Shown here piece by piece: positions 49,868 through 60,561 of a stretch of 64,000 nucleotides of DNA (positions within the stretch are counted from its first letter, which is position 1; each line of letters begins with the position of its first letter). The notes below the pieces were generated by a model. It had not been told where the DNA came from and did no database searches. It saw nothing but the letters and a program-made list of their open reading frames with translations. This DNA is from an uncultured Gammaproteobacteria bacterium. GTDB taxonomy: Bacteria > Patescibacteriota > Microgenomatia > Levybacterales > UBA12049. The translations under genes were made by a program, and so were the position numbers. The stretch lies in contig CAZDOJ010000001.1 of NCBI GenBank assembly GCA_964507055.1, positions 593,313 through 657,312 on the forward strand, read 5' to 3'.

Positions 49868-51070
49868 CTATTCTTCTTTACTTAATAAGCTATATTGTAT
49901 CCACATCCAGAGAATAATTGCCGGGAAAAAGAGACTATTTATAAAAAAAGCATTAATAAATAATCCAAAAGCTGAAGCAATAAAAACCGCTGCAAATACA
50001 TCTTTTTTCTTTCTAAATTTGCTCATTGCATCCCCAAGGATTCGAGCCCACATAGTTAGGAATGCAGTAAATCCGATAATTCCTGTTGTTGCCAAAACAA
50101 AGAGAAAACTATTATCGACACCAGCATCAGCATTTGATGGATATTTAGGATGCTCCTTTCTAAAACCATACTCCTGTTGAGCATATCGATAGGCATTAAA
50201 ACCTATTCCAAGAAGGGGACTATTTTGGTAAATAGTAAAAGCATTTCCATACGATTCCAATCTCGCCCCAGTTGATGCTACACGAAAAAGATTTGTGTTC
50301 TCGATATAGAATCGTGGAGAAACAATAATAAAATACAGAACAAGCACCGCGATTCCAACAAAAATAATTTTCTTTTGTTTTAAGAAAAAAAGTAACACTC
50401 CTCCCCCAAATAAAAGCATAAGAAGTGCACTCCTTGAAAATGTTAAAAGAACTGCAATAAGAGTTAATGCCAATACAGTCGCATATACATATAATTCTTT
50501 TCTATTTTTGTTCTTTATCGATTGATACAAGAATCCAGAGGCAAAGATTGCATACAATACAAGAAATGATCCAGCAAAATTTGGATCGTAAAAAGTAGAA
50601 AAGAGCCGATACATATGATCATCCCAACCAATCGAGACTAAATTTCTGATATCAGAATAGAAAAAATATTGAAAATAACCAACGATAACAACAAGTAAGC
50701 CATCAAACAAAAGCAGCTGCTTTAATCTTTGTTTGAATTTTTCGTCAAACTGCGGGATAACAAATAGTACACTCATATAGCTAACCCAACGTATAAGATA
50801 TAACGAGGCAACAGCTAACTCGACTCTTTGAAGCCATATACTATTTACGAGCAAAGAAAGTCCCCCTACAATTGGAAACAAAAAAAAGATAGATTTAAAT
50901 AGTGCTTGCTTGTTCTTTTGAATAATCCAAAAGAGCAAAGTAACAGCTAAAAGTCCCGCAACAATATCTAAAGGTTTTAAGTAAATGCTATTACCAATGT
51001 TAAAGCGTAGGATTTCACCAATAGGCAAAATAATAAGGAGCAGTATCGTAAGCGTTTTTAACAATATCAT
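49868..51070 (-). CDS. O-antigen ligase / Wzy_C-family polytopic membrane protein
   Basis: 10-12 TM helices and a large periplasmic loop with an R/H-rich region (FSRSALLMLLFGGG). Confidence 0.6.
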   Translation of the reverse strand: MILLKTLTILLLIILPIGEILRFNIGNSIYLKPLDIVAGLLAVTLLFWIIQKNKQALFKSIFFLFPIVGGLSLLVNSIWLQRVELAVASLYLIRWVSYMSVLFVIPQFDEKFKQRLKQLLLFDGLLVVIVGYFQYFFYSDIRNLVSIGWDDHMYRLFSTFYDPNFAGSFLVLYAIFASGFLYQSIKNKNRKELYVYATVLALTLIAVLLTFSRSALLMLLFGGGVLLFFLKQKKIIFVGIAVLVLYFIIVSPRFYIENTNLFRVASTGARLESYGNAFTIYQNSPLLGIGFNAYRYAQQEYGFRKEHPKYPSNADAGVDNSFLFVLATTGIIGFTAFLTMWARILGDAMSKFRKKKDVFAAVFIASAFGLFINAFFINSLFFPAIILWMWIQYSLLSKEE

Positions 51071-52203
51071 GTTTCTATTTTACTATTTTTAATTTTTATC
51101 AGTATATACAAATTAATAAGCCATAAAAGTATCCCTCCAAAGAAGATGTGACTCTGTATAATAACTGGCAAGGTTAAGGGATTAGCAAAATTAATAGCGA
51201 TAAGTGCATACGATAAAGCGAGAAAAATATAGAAGACATTATCCTTGAGGTAATTTTTAACCGTATAAACGAGGATAAAAAACGGTAAGAGCAAAAAGAT
51301 AAAATGATGCTGCCATGAGAAATTATTTATAAGTAAACTCAAAATAATAAGAAGCGATAATTCCAAATTAATTACTGTTTGAGATTTATTATATTTCCAC
51401 AAAATACACGCACCAGTAATACTCAGCATAACCACTGGTATTATTATTCGTAATATTTGGTGACTATTCTGATCCTCTATTTGACGCATTAATAGACCAG
51501 TTAAAGCTTGATTGTAATAGTCCCCTTTCCATGAAGCCAATAGTTCTGGAAGCATCTGGGTAAAAAATTTATATTGAATATCAAAAGACACAAACACAAG
51601 TGATAGTAAAAATAAAATTGCTAAAGTAAGTATCAAAGAACTAAGTGCTGTAAACTTCTTACGAAAAACCAAATATGGAATAAAAAGAAGGGGAAAGAAC
51701 TTTAACATGGCACTAAAAGCAAATGCGGTTCCGACACGAATATCATTTTTCTTATTGAGAAAATACCATATCAGGGTAGTAAAAAGGAGAATAACTCCAT
51801 TGATTTGACCCATGCCTAAAGTAAACTTGGTAGGAAAAGCCAAAAAGACTAATCCACTTAAGAATAAATTTAATGGACTGAAAAATTTCACTTTATATAT
51901 CCTATTAATCAGATGAATACTCAAGACTATCGCCGCTATAGAAATAACGATCCAGAGCTTAGAAGAAATATCGTATGAAAGAACGCTTAAAGGTATAAAA
52001 AAGACCATATCAAATGGTGGATAGACTTGTGGAGTAAAATAATTAGTATCGCTAAGATATGGATTTTCTCCTTGTAGTAAATGTTGGGCACCATAATAAT
52101 GCACCTGATAATCAGGATATGTTGGTAATAACAAAACACGTAACATCCACACAAAAGAGAATATAAAAAATAGCAACGGTATATATCTTTTTAGTATTCC
52201 CAT
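51067..52203 (-). CDS. Polytopic membrane glycosyltransferase-like protein (DUF2029/GT87-like GT-C fold)
   Basis: Multi-TM, with an acidic/aromatic motif in the first loop (YPDYQVHYYGAQHLLQGENPY). Confidence 0.5.
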   Translation of the reverse strand: MGILKRYIPLLFFIFSFVWMLRVLLLPTYPDYQVHYYGAQHLLQGENPYLSDTNYFTPQVYPPFDMVFFIPLSVLSYDISSKLWIVISIAAIVLSIHLINRIYKVKFFSPLNLFLSGLVFLAFPTKFTLGMGQINGVILLFTTLIWYFLNKKNDIRVGTAFAFSAMLKFFPLLFIPYLVFRKKFTALSSLILTLAILFLLSLVFVSFDIQYKFFTQMLPELLASWKGDYYNQALTGLLMRQIEDQNSHQILRIIIPVVMLSITGACILWKYNKSQTVINLELSLLIILSLLINNFSWQHHFIFLLLPFFILVYTVKNYLKDNVFYIFLALSYALIAINFANPLTLPVIIQSHIFFGGILLWLINLYILIKIKNSKIET

Positions 52204-53831
52204 TGCTTACCTCCATCTGAGTAAAGTTTTACGTTGGTTTTGTTATTTTCATAAATAAGCCGCCATGATTTAAATCTCGAAGGCAATTCTGCGTCTTGTG
52301 TCGCAACATAATTAAAGTTATCTCCGGCTTTCGCCCATGAATGATGAATATAGGGGAAATCTATATAGTACAAATTATGAAAACCATACAACAAAACCAT
52401 ATCCTCAGGTTTGATATTTTGGGCAAAGTATCCATCTGTATCGTAAAAATCACCAAATGAAAAATTTAAGGTATTAGAAAGAAAATCATCTTTAGTTTGT
52501 GTCCCAATTACTACAGCAATATATCTGCTGTTGGCAATAAATCTATAAGCAGTTGTTGTCAGTCCAATAAATAGAACAATCAAAATAAGGAGTAAATAAT
52601 TCTTGGTAGCAACATTTCCTTTTTCTTTACATTGATCAATAACTCCTGCACATATTATTGATAACGCTGGTAGATATGGGACTAAGAGACGACTTCCTTC
52701 GATTTGTGAAGTCGTATACCAATAACATAAAGCAAGTATTGAGTAACCATACAGTATTTTAATATCTTTTTTTGATTTTAGAAAAAAGTATATAAGTAAT
52801 GGAAAAAAGATAATATACACAGGTGATAAGGGGTCACTTGCATGGGTAAATACATTCCATAATGTGGTTGAAAATATCACTGGATTAATAAGTGCACTAT
52901 CAAAAATTTTGGTATGTAATCCGGCAAAGATATCTGAAAAGATTGGATATATTGGATTGCCTGTATTTAAGAATGAAAAAATGAACCACGGAGCAGCAAT
53001 AGATAAAGATATAAATACGTATCCGAAACCATACTGAATAGCATTTTTTGTACTTCTCTCTTTGACAATATATTTATAAAGAATTAAGAGTACGAAGATG
53101 ACAATTGTACCCAATGCAAGCAGTTTGGTAGCAACTGCCAATCCTGTCATTAGTGCGGACAATACGAACCATTTCTTTCTACCCAATCTCCACCAATAAA
53201 CAAATGCCGACAATGCGAGTACTTCAAAGAATGTACGAATTAAATCTATGTATGCTGTAGTCGATTCCCACGCAACTACTAAATTGGAATAAAAAATGAG
53301 AGCTGCAATGAGTGAAATTGATTGATTGAAAAATTTTCTTGATAATCTATAAATACAAATCAATATAAAAATTCCAAACATCCAATGTATAACTTTTGCT
53401 ACTATTTCATTACCAAATGCCATTGCACCAACATATAGTAACTCTCCCAATTTTGGCATATCACTGTAGTACAACAACCCCCCAGGAATATGGTAGATAG
53501 CATGATTAAGCAGGTAGAGCTTAGGTATGGTTAAATGGTACCAAAGTGCATCAAAGGCCAACTCAGGACCCAGAGCTCCCATCAAATTGACACCCGCAAG
53601 CAGAATAAGTAGTGCAATAGTTACTATGGATAATCTATCTGATCGCAAACGAGATCCTGCTCTTCGAATAGTATCTGATATATTCAAAATACTTTTTCTA
53701 AAAAAAAGCATTACAGAAAAAATGAAAAGAATTGTGATCGTGTTGACTACTTCTTTGTAGAGAAGATTACTTATTCCTAAAAAGAAAATTATGTAGGTGT
53801 AGATCCCAATTAAAATTGCAAAATTAAACAT
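52191..53831 (-). CDS. GT-C fold membrane glycosyltransferase (ArnT/PMT, GT39/83-like)
   Basis: 546 aa with more than 10 TM helices and a first-loop motif GPELAFDALWYH. Confidence 0.55.
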   Translation of the reverse strand: MFNFAILIGIYTYIIFFLGISNLLYKEVVNTITILFIFSVMLFFRKSILNISDTIRRAGSRLRSDRLSIVTIALLILLAGVNLMGALGPELAFDALWYHLTIPKLYLLNHAIYHIPGGLLYYSDMPKLGELLYVGAMAFGNEIVAKVIHWMFGIFILICIYRLSRKFFNQSISLIAALIFYSNLVVAWESTTAYIDLIRTFFEVLALSAFVYWWRLGRKKWFVLSALMTGLAVATKLLALGTIVIFVLLILYKYIVKERSTKNAIQYGFGYVFISLSIAAPWFIFSFLNTGNPIYPIFSDIFAGLHTKIFDSALINPVIFSTTLWNVFTHASDPLSPVYIIFFPLLIYFFLKSKKDIKILYGYSILALCYWYTTSQIEGSRLLVPYLPALSIICAGVIDQCKEKGNVATKNYLLLILIVLFIGLTTTAYRFIANSRYIAVVIGTQTKDDFLSNTLNFSFGDFYDTDGYFAQNIKPEDMVLLYGFHNLYYIDFPYIHHSWAKAGDNFNYVATQDAELPSRFKSWRLIYENNKTNVKLYSDGGKQWEY

Positions 53832-55579
53832 TATTGAACTATCTGGAAAATATAATCATTTTGAATTTTTGTAACAAATTTTAATGATTTATTTTTATTA
53901 AGTTCAGCAATTATAGCACCCCCGTCACGAACCGTTTTACCTTCATAAGTAAACTTATTAAAATATAATGTATCGTATTCTTTCTTATGAACTATTATGT
54001 AGTCTACTCCAAGTGTTGAAAGTTTTTGTATTGTGTTATCACTTGGAAAGTTAAAGAGCAGATCTTTAACCAAATTTTGCCAAGGTTCGGGAGAAAAACC
54101 ACTTGCACCATTGACCATCTTACGAAAATGAACAGTTGAATAGTATTCTCTATAATTTTCATCAAATACATATGGTTGCATATCCCATGTATAAATAGGC
54201 ATCTCAATCAAAACTGAATCCTTTGGAGTTGTATTAAGCCAAGAATATACTTGAGGAAAAGTACTTTTTTGCGGTACTTGCTCATAATGCAAAGGGAAAT
54301 TAAACTCAGAAATTACACCTATGATAAGAAAGCTATATATAATTGCTTGTTTCTTAAAAGATACTTTATTCAATAGTTGATGTAAAACAAAAGCTACAAT
54401 AACAGCAATTGTAATAATGAAAAGCATTTCCCATCTAGAAGAATTCCTTATTCCTTGAAATCCTGGGATAATGTAGTAAAACAAAACATATGGTAACGGT
54501 ATAGGGAATGGATTATGTATTGTCTGTCTGAATAAGTGAAGGAACGGACCCAAACTCATAATAAAACCGAAAAGCGATATCCATAAAATTGAGTTTAACT
54601 GCCAATTTTTCTTTTTATACTTTTTAAAGAAAATTATTATTGAAAATATCGCGAGCGTAGTAAAAACAAATCCAATAAATCCTGGTTTAAACTCTGTACT
54701 ATTATACGGCGTTTTTACTTGAATAGAAGAAAGTATAGGATCTAAACGAGAATAATGGTTTGTATTGAAATAATCTTCAGGTTGCAATGCTAAATGAATT
54801 GTGTCTCTAATATCTCTCACATAATTAAATTCTTTTGAAACTGAAAAGTAAGGGATAGCTATTGGCAAAATTACTAATATACTTAAGAGCATAATGATCA
54901 CGTTTCTTTTTATTAATAGTTTCTTGGCTTTTTTTCTATTTTGAATTCCGAAGAAAATTAAAATAATAAGAAAACTAAAAGCAATAAAATAACCTGGCAT
55001 AAAACTATTAACTGTTTGCAGAACAAAACAAATCATAGAAAGGGTAAGAAAATGTCTCTTTTTTGTTTCAAGAAATTTGAGGAAGAATAAGATAGCAAAC
55101 GGAACAAATGCTATTGATAGTATTTGGATGTGTACAAACTTATCCAATACAGCTGGAGAGAAAATAACTAATAGTCCCGAAAAAAAAGAAGCAATTCTAT
55201 TCTTTACTAAGTAATATGACAAACAGTAAATAGAAAAACCTAAAAGTATTAACGAAGAAATAATTGTAAAGTTAACAAAGACTATTGGTTCTTTAAAGAT
55301 AAGATATGGAATATAGCTAAGTATACTTGTTACCAAAAAGAAATCAGAATATGCCAAACTATTTTTAAATGGATAATAAATATTTGCGTTGAATATATTT
55401 AACGGATCAGTAAAAAGAGAGTGTGCAACCCAATTATGTATCCACGCAATGAGAAGTTCATCACCAAAGCCGGTAATCAGAGTATCGAGATTAAATAAAA
55501 GAGGATATGTTATAAAAAAAACTGCTAGAGAGTAGAATATAAAAACTAAACTGTAATGATATTCTCTTATTTTTTCCAT
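53831..55579 (-). CDS. Polytopic membrane protein, GT-C-like glycosyltransferase (hypothetical)
   Basis: 582 aa. N-terminal TMs with a first-loop GFGDELLIAWIHNW acidic motif, and a large C-terminal soluble domain. Confidence 0.45.
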   Translation of the reverse strand: MEKIREYHYSLVFIFYSLAVFFITYPLLFNLDTLITGFGDELLIAWIHNWVAHSLFTDPLNIFNANIYYPFKNSLAYSDFFLVTSILSYIPYLIFKEPIVFVNFTIISSLILLGFSIYCLSYYLVKNRIASFFSGLLVIFSPAVLDKFVHIQILSIAFVPFAILFFLKFLETKKRHFLTLSMICFVLQTVNSFMPGYFIAFSFLIILIFFGIQNRKKAKKLLIKRNVIIMLLSILVILPIAIPYFSVSKEFNYVRDIRDTIHLALQPEDYFNTNHYSRLDPILSSIQVKTPYNSTEFKPGFIGFVFTTLAIFSIIIFFKKYKKKNWQLNSILWISLFGFIMSLGPFLHLFRQTIHNPFPIPLPYVLFYYIIPGFQGIRNSSRWEMLFIITIAVIVAFVLHQLLNKVSFKKQAIIYSFLIIGVISEFNFPLHYEQVPQKSTFPQVYSWLNTTPKDSVLIEMPIYTWDMQPYVFDENYREYYSTVHFRKMVNGASGFSPEPWQNLVKDLLFNFPSDNTIQKLSTLGVDYIIVHKKEYDTLYFNKFTYEGKTVRDGGAIIAELNKNKSLKFVTKIQNDYIFQIVQ

Positions 55580-55600
55580 GTCAGATGGAGAATAATTAGT

Positions 55601-56416
55601 CTATAATTTTCTAAAATAACCATGAGCTTCTCCACCAGCTAGAAGTACTCCTACTTTTTCTTTCTTATCTTTAAAAAACTCATCGCAAGCTTTCTTAACA
55701 CCAGGCAAAATATTATTTACATCTAAAACTTTCGGGTCACAATAATCGTCAATAATAACTACCGCACCTTTTGATAGCTTAGGATATACATATGTTAAGC
55801 TTTCGAGAATTGACGAATAAAAATCTCCATCCAAATGTGCAAAACTTATTTTAGAAGGCAACCCTTTTGGAAGAGTATCGGAGAACCATCCTTCATGTAT
55901 TTTAGGCAATTTAGTTTTATGTTTTTTAAAGTTTTGTTCTAGTGCTTCTTTTTGTGTACTACAACTTCCTGCATAAAAAACAGTATCCCCATCTTTATCT
56001 GTTTTTTCAGGTAGTCCTTCGAATGAATCATATACATGTATTATTTTATTTGAATCTAATTGATCTAAAGTTTTCTGCATAAGAACAGACGTTGTACCAT
56101 CGAAAGAACCCAGCTCAACGACATCGCCAGGAACTTTTAGTAAAACTACTTGTGTTAAAAGATGATAGATGTTGACAGCTTGTTCTAAATTAGACCAATC
56201 ACCATTTAACATATTCTCTTTTGAATCAAATTCCTGTGAATTTTTAATAGCATAAACCCTATTCAAATTGTCATTCTTAAACTTTAATTTCAAAAATCTT
56301 TGGCTACCGTTAAAGGATTTAATGATTCTTGCAAGGAGGTTCCTTTTTAGATCTGTCTTAACATTTTGCTTTTGAAGACTCAAGATGAATGTGTTATCAA
56401 TATTATTAGCTTTCAT
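55601..56416 (-). CDS. TylF/MycF-family SAM-dependent O-methyltransferase (macrocin-O-methyltransferase-like)
   Basis: GDVVELGSFDGTTSVLM ... HLDGDFYSSILESLTYVYPKLSKGAVVIIDDY. Confidence 0.75.
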   Translation of the reverse strand: MKANNIDNTFILSLQKQNVKTDLKRNLLARIIKSFNGSQRFLKLKFKNDNLNRVYAIKNSQEFDSKENMLNGDWSNLEQAVNIYHLLTQVVLLKVPGDVVELGSFDGTTSVLMQKTLDQLDSNKIIHVYDSFEGLPEKTDKDGDTVFYAGSCSTQKEALEQNFKKHKTKLPKIHEGWFSDTLPKGLPSKISFAHLDGDFYSSILESLTYVYPKLSKGAVVIIDDYCDPKVLDVNNILPGVKKACDEFFKDKKEKVGVLLAGGEAHGYFRKL

Positions 56417-56562
56417 TATGATATATTATACAGCATTTTATTTAATAGCGTTATCCTGAAATTAACTACAAAAACCACCTCTACAGAAGAGATAATAAAA
56501 ATATAAGCAAAGAATAACCAAAGACCACAGAACAAAAAAAATAAATTGATATTTATACAGCA

Positions 56563-57264
56563 TCATACTTTTCTTGCCACCGCAATTAACGATATACCGA
56601 TAGGTACTTTATTAATAGATTCTAAAAATCGCAATAAAGGAACAATGCTATCAAAAATTTTTATTTGATATGGCTTTAAAGCTTTTTTGTTTCGACTCAC
56701 TTTATCCCGAATAGTCCAACTAAGTAAACCAACTATATTAAAAAAATATATCTTTTCGATTGTAAATCCTGCCTTTTCTAATTTTGCAACAAGTTCTGCT
56801 TTTTCGTAGCGACGATAATGTCCAAGCTCTTTATCCAAACGTGTATACGCACTTTTCTTAGCAGGAACGAGAAGTAACACTTTTCCCTCTTTCTTTAAAA
56901 TTTTTTTAATATGCGATAAAGCTTTCATATCATCATCAATATGCTCTAATACATTAATTGCATAGACGGAAGAGAAAAAGTTCTCATGTTTCTTTAAGGG
57001 CTTTTTAGTAATATCTAGCTGTTCGGCAAAAACATTCTTTTCCTTTGCAAATCTTTTCTTCAGCTGCTTAACCAAACCTTTATCAATATCCGTTAAATAG
57101 AGAGGTTTATATTGCAGAAAGTGTTTGGATAAATTGCCAATTCCAGCACCTATTTCCAGCGTTGGAGATGACATATGCTCAGAGATTTGATGTGCGATCC
57201 ATTTATTATAATTTTTCGCATCCTCGAGGACTTCTAATGTAGTAATACCTTGGTACTTAATCAT
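56563..57264 (-). CDS. Class I SAM-dependent methyltransferase
   Basis: TLEIGAGIGNLSKHF (motif I) and an acidic motif II. Start taken at MIKYQG. Confidence 0.75.
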   Translation of the reverse strand: MIKYQGITTLEVLEDAKNYNKWIAHQISEHMSSPTLEIGAGIGNLSKHFLQYKPLYLTDIDKGLVKQLKKRFAKEKNVFAEQLDITKKPLKKHENFFSSVYAINVLEHIDDDMKALSHIKKILKKEGKVLLLVPAKKSAYTRLDKELGHYRRYEKAELVAKLEKAGFTIEKIYFFNIVGLLSWTIRDKVSRNKKALKPYQIKIFDSIVPLLRFLESINKVPIGISLIAVARKV

Positions 57265-58012
57265 TATTTTTCTTTTGCCAAAGGAGCCACAATTTAGCAC
57301 GTACTAAAAACGAATGAAAGGACATAAGCATCGCAAAAACCAATCCAGGAATGCCATCTGCATATCCTCTCTTGAAGATATAATTTATAGTAAATTTTGC
57401 GATAGGATAAACAATAGGAGACCACCAAAAAGATTTTACATTCTTATCAAATAGTTCCTTTGCCCGTAAATCCGTATAGAAATTTATTTCCTGCAAGAAT
57501 TCTTCTACAGTCGCATGTGGATAGTGATCTAAATGATTTTTTAGTGTCATCACTTTCCCGTTAACTTTCCACTCTTCATGAACATGTCCCTCCCATTGTC
57601 CAGCATTCCTTCGTGCCAAACGCAGTAATTTTATATTTGCTGTCTCGCCATACTTCAATGGTTTTCCCCACATAGTATCGTGACGATTAATGTAATATCC
57701 TTGGATATCACTATTGGATTCGTTTGTTTCTGCCATGATTTCGTACCATAATGGCGAAGATACTCTTTCATCAGCATCAATAAAAAATACCCATTCCCCC
57801 TTTGCTTTACTAAGACCAAAATTCCTTTGTGCTGCAAAGTTACCGTTCATTGCATGTGTAACAACTTTGGCGTTTTTTTTCTTTGCGAGTTCTACAGTTT
57901 TATCTGTAGAATTGTCATCTATAACAATTATTTCGTCACACCACGACAAACTATCCAGACATTTCTCAATATTCTTCTCTTCATTTTTTGCTAAAACAAT
58001 TGCTGAAATCAT
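57257..58012 (-). CDS. Family 2 glycosyltransferase (GT-A fold)
   Basis: ISAIVLAKNEEKNIEKCLDSL...IIVIDDNSTDKT...FIDADE DxD region. Confidence 0.85.
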   Translation of the reverse strand: MISAIVLAKNEEKNIEKCLDSLSWCDEIIVIDDNSTDKTVELAKKKNAKVVTHAMNGNFAAQRNFGLSKAKGEWVFFIDADERVSSPLWYEIMAETNESNSDIQGYYINRHDTMWGKPLKYGETANIKLLRLARRNAGQWEGHVHEEWKVNGKVMTLKNHLDHYPHATVEEFLQEINFYTDLRAKELFDKNVKSFWWSPIVYPIAKFTINYIFKRGYADGIPGLVFAMLMSFHSFLVRAKLWLLWQKKNND

Positions 58013-58013
58013 A

Positions 58014-59429
58014 TTATTTTAATTGCCTTTCAGAAACCTCAATCTGATCGGGCTTTTCCGTGACTGTATATATAAGTTTTTCTTTTCCTTGAGAAGGTGC
58101 TTTACCAAGCCACCAAGTTAAATATGTATATGGCATAATAAAACTCTCAAACTTACTTCCATTGCCAAGACCCTGTATATTATACTCTCTTCCATTGGAT
58201 TTAGCCGTAATAATTTTGGCAGCAGTAAGTCTTTCTTCAAATGAATATCCAAAGTCGCGTGTGTTCATCAAATAATTATTTTGCACCAAAGTCCAAGCAT
58301 TCAATACTCCCCAAAGAAGAATCATAAATGATAAAAGTACTTTTGATAGATTCGTACGCATGAAAGAAACTATCGCTACAGCAAGTACCAAAATAATCGT
58401 CGGGAAAAACATTGGCCAATATGCTTCAGATGTTGTTTTGAGAGCTAGATAACTAACAAATGGAATAAAGAAACAAAGATACAATATAATTAATCCTTTA
58501 TCAAAAATCTTCTTTTGAAATTTGCGGTATAACGAGAATGATACAACTACAACTGCAATAATCAAAATTGCTAAGGAGATAAAGTCATTCGGAAGGAAAA
58601 TAAGTTGCTGTATTTTGGTAAGAGTAAACGGTATAAATGGTGCTAGTGGTTCAAAGACTTTGTCTCCATGAATACTTGGGAAACCAAAAAGAAGTGCAAA
58701 TCTATACCCTACCCATACTACAACTTTTAATGTTTGTGGGAATCCATTTTGGAAATCATAGATAAGCATTGGTAGCATTGGAATAATCCAAGCAAGAAAA
58801 GATAGGCCAATTACTTTTTTGTTAAGTAACTTAATTGCAAAATCTTTCTTTTTCCATAACCCAAAACCTAAAATGATAAATGCAACAAGAGAAAAAGGGG
58901 TTGTGGAAATCTGAAAATTGTAAAGCAGTGCTATGAGAAAAATTACAGCTGGAAAATAATAAATATTTCCTGTTATCCATTTATATAGAGCGAACATATA
59001 GAGTAGTGCTGTCAAAGGAATAAAACTTGTATGATAAGGCGTTCTAGCATGGATGATGATCAAAGGTGATGTGGCATAAAGGAAAGTGGAAACCAAACCA
59101 ACCGCTGACGAAAACATCTTTTTTCCAATTATATACACAAGCAGTACTGTAATAACTCCAACCCCAGCAGTAAAATAAACTGGTGCTATCGGATTAAATT
59201 GAGATACAGCGAAGATGAGACCTAAAATATATGTCCACAAAGCTCCCTGATGTAACCAAGGATGACTTGATGCAATCCCCACAAGCGGAATATTTCCCGT
59301 TAATACCATATCTCGTGCAGAAATATAAAACCATGCTTGATCACTAAAAAATGACATTAACTCGGGAAGACGATAAAACAAAAGCCCTGCAGAAATGGCG
59401 ACTATTAAAATGATGAGATATTTTATCAT
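58014..59429 (-). CDS. GT-C fold membrane glycosyltransferase (GT39/83, ArnT/PMT-like)
   Basis: 471 aa with more than 10 TM helices and a first-loop motif FFSDQAWFYISARDM. Confidence 0.6.
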   Translation of the reverse strand: MIKYLIILIVAISAGLLFYRLPELMSFFSDQAWFYISARDMVLTGNIPLVGIASSHPWLHQGALWTYILGLIFAVSQFNPIAPVYFTAGVGVITVLLVYIIGKKMFSSAVGLVSTFLYATSPLIIIHARTPYHTSFIPLTALLYMFALYKWITGNIYYFPAVIFLIALLYNFQISTTPFSLVAFIILGFGLWKKKDFAIKLLNKKVIGLSFLAWIIPMLPMLIYDFQNGFPQTLKVVVWVGYRFALLFGFPSIHGDKVFEPLAPFIPFTLTKIQQLIFLPNDFISLAILIIAVVVVSFSLYRKFQKKIFDKGLIILYLCFFIPFVSYLALKTTSEAYWPMFFPTIILVLAVAIVSFMRTNLSKVLLSFMILLWGVLNAWTLVQNNYLMNTRDFGYSFEERLTAAKIITAKSNGREYNIQGLGNGSKFESFIMPYTYLTWWLGKAPSQGKEKLIYTVTEKPDQIEVSERQLK

Positions 59430-59510
59430 TATAGCTATTATAGAAAAACTTACGAATTGTAGTTATTATACCAACTTCATAAAAACGATGAATCATGTTG
59501 ATTAGAAGCA

Positions 59511-60527
59511 CTATAACTTTAAGGAAATTGATTCCATAATTCCGCGTACAGCATAGAACCATTCACGCTTTGTAAAGCGTGGTGACACTGAAAGGTCTCG
59601 TGGAAGTTTTGTATAGACTTCAGGCTCTTTGAGGAGTAACTGCCATTCGGAGGTAAAGTCAAAGTATGTATCCACAATATGCTGTGCTCTGATTTCTCCC
59701 AACCGTTGATTTTGAAAATCCGTCCACTTCATATCTCGCCACGTAACTTTTGAGAAAACAGACTTTGGGAAACAACCAAAATACAATCGATGCATTGCAT
59801 ACCAATATTGCCAGATTTTGTGAGTAGGTGCAGCATTGATAAGCGATCGTACATCCATGTATCGATCTATCCGATTTAAAGGGAAATCCGTATCTGTTTT
59901 AAAAAGATGTTTCAGTATCAAATCCACTTCTGGAGCTTGTTGAAAGATATGCCCATCAAAAGCAAGATTATTTTCCATCAAATGCACCATATCATCAATA
60001 TGCCCGGCAAAATAGAAATCAGTAGCAAAAAATGGAAATATTCGATAGACAGAAGAAAATAATAATGGTTCTCGAACAATCTCCGATTTCCACGCTGGAT
60101 CTTTTTTGTAGATTTTTAGATTCTTCGGAATATAAAAAGAACTCATGAAATCAATAGTATCGGAAGAGACGTACTGATCCGTCCTTATCTTTAGTATATG
60201 TGTGATTGATGTATGTTTTTGTATCTGCCTAATTCCTTGAAGGGTCGAAAACCATTGACGGCGTCGATTATAAACATCACGTCCTGTTGGTGGTGTATTG
60301 CGAAGAATAGTTACCTTGGGATGAGAATATGTAAATTTTTCGCCTTTCCATATACTTACCACAATATGACCGACCGTATGACGTTGAAGATACTCTTCAA
60401 TATTGTGTTTGATTGTTGTCGTCGAATCAAAACCCTGACTCATTATTGGTCCCTGAATCACCACCCCAATTTTCATTTTTTTATCATAGCAGGTTGTCCC
60501 GTCTTGAGAAAGGGAAATCTCTTCCAT
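59511..60527 (-). CDS. Hypothetical cytoplasmic protein inside the glycan cluster (probable start at MKIGVVIQG)
   Basis: ORF only, with no confident motif. Gene context suggests a role in polysaccharide biosynthesis. Confidence 0.4.
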   Translation of the reverse strand: MEEISLSQDGTTCYDKKMKIGVVIQGPIMSQGFDSTTTIKHNIEEYLQRHTVGHIVVSIWKGEKFTYSHPKVTILRNTPPTGRDVYNRRRQWFSTLQGIRQIQKHTSITHILKIRTDQYVSSDTIDFMSSFYIPKNLKIYKKDPAWKSEIVREPLLFSSVYRIFPFFATDFYFAGHIDDMVHLMENNLAFDGHIFQQAPEVDLILKHLFKTDTDFPLNRIDRYMDVRSLINAAPTHKIWQYWYAMHRLYFGCFPKSVFSKVTWRDMKWTDFQNQRLGEIRAQHIVDTYFDFTSEWQLLLKEPEVYTKLPRDLSVSPRFTKREWFYAVRGIMESISLKL

Positions 60528-60561
60528 TTTTTGACAAAATAAAGTTCATCTCTTACTATTA

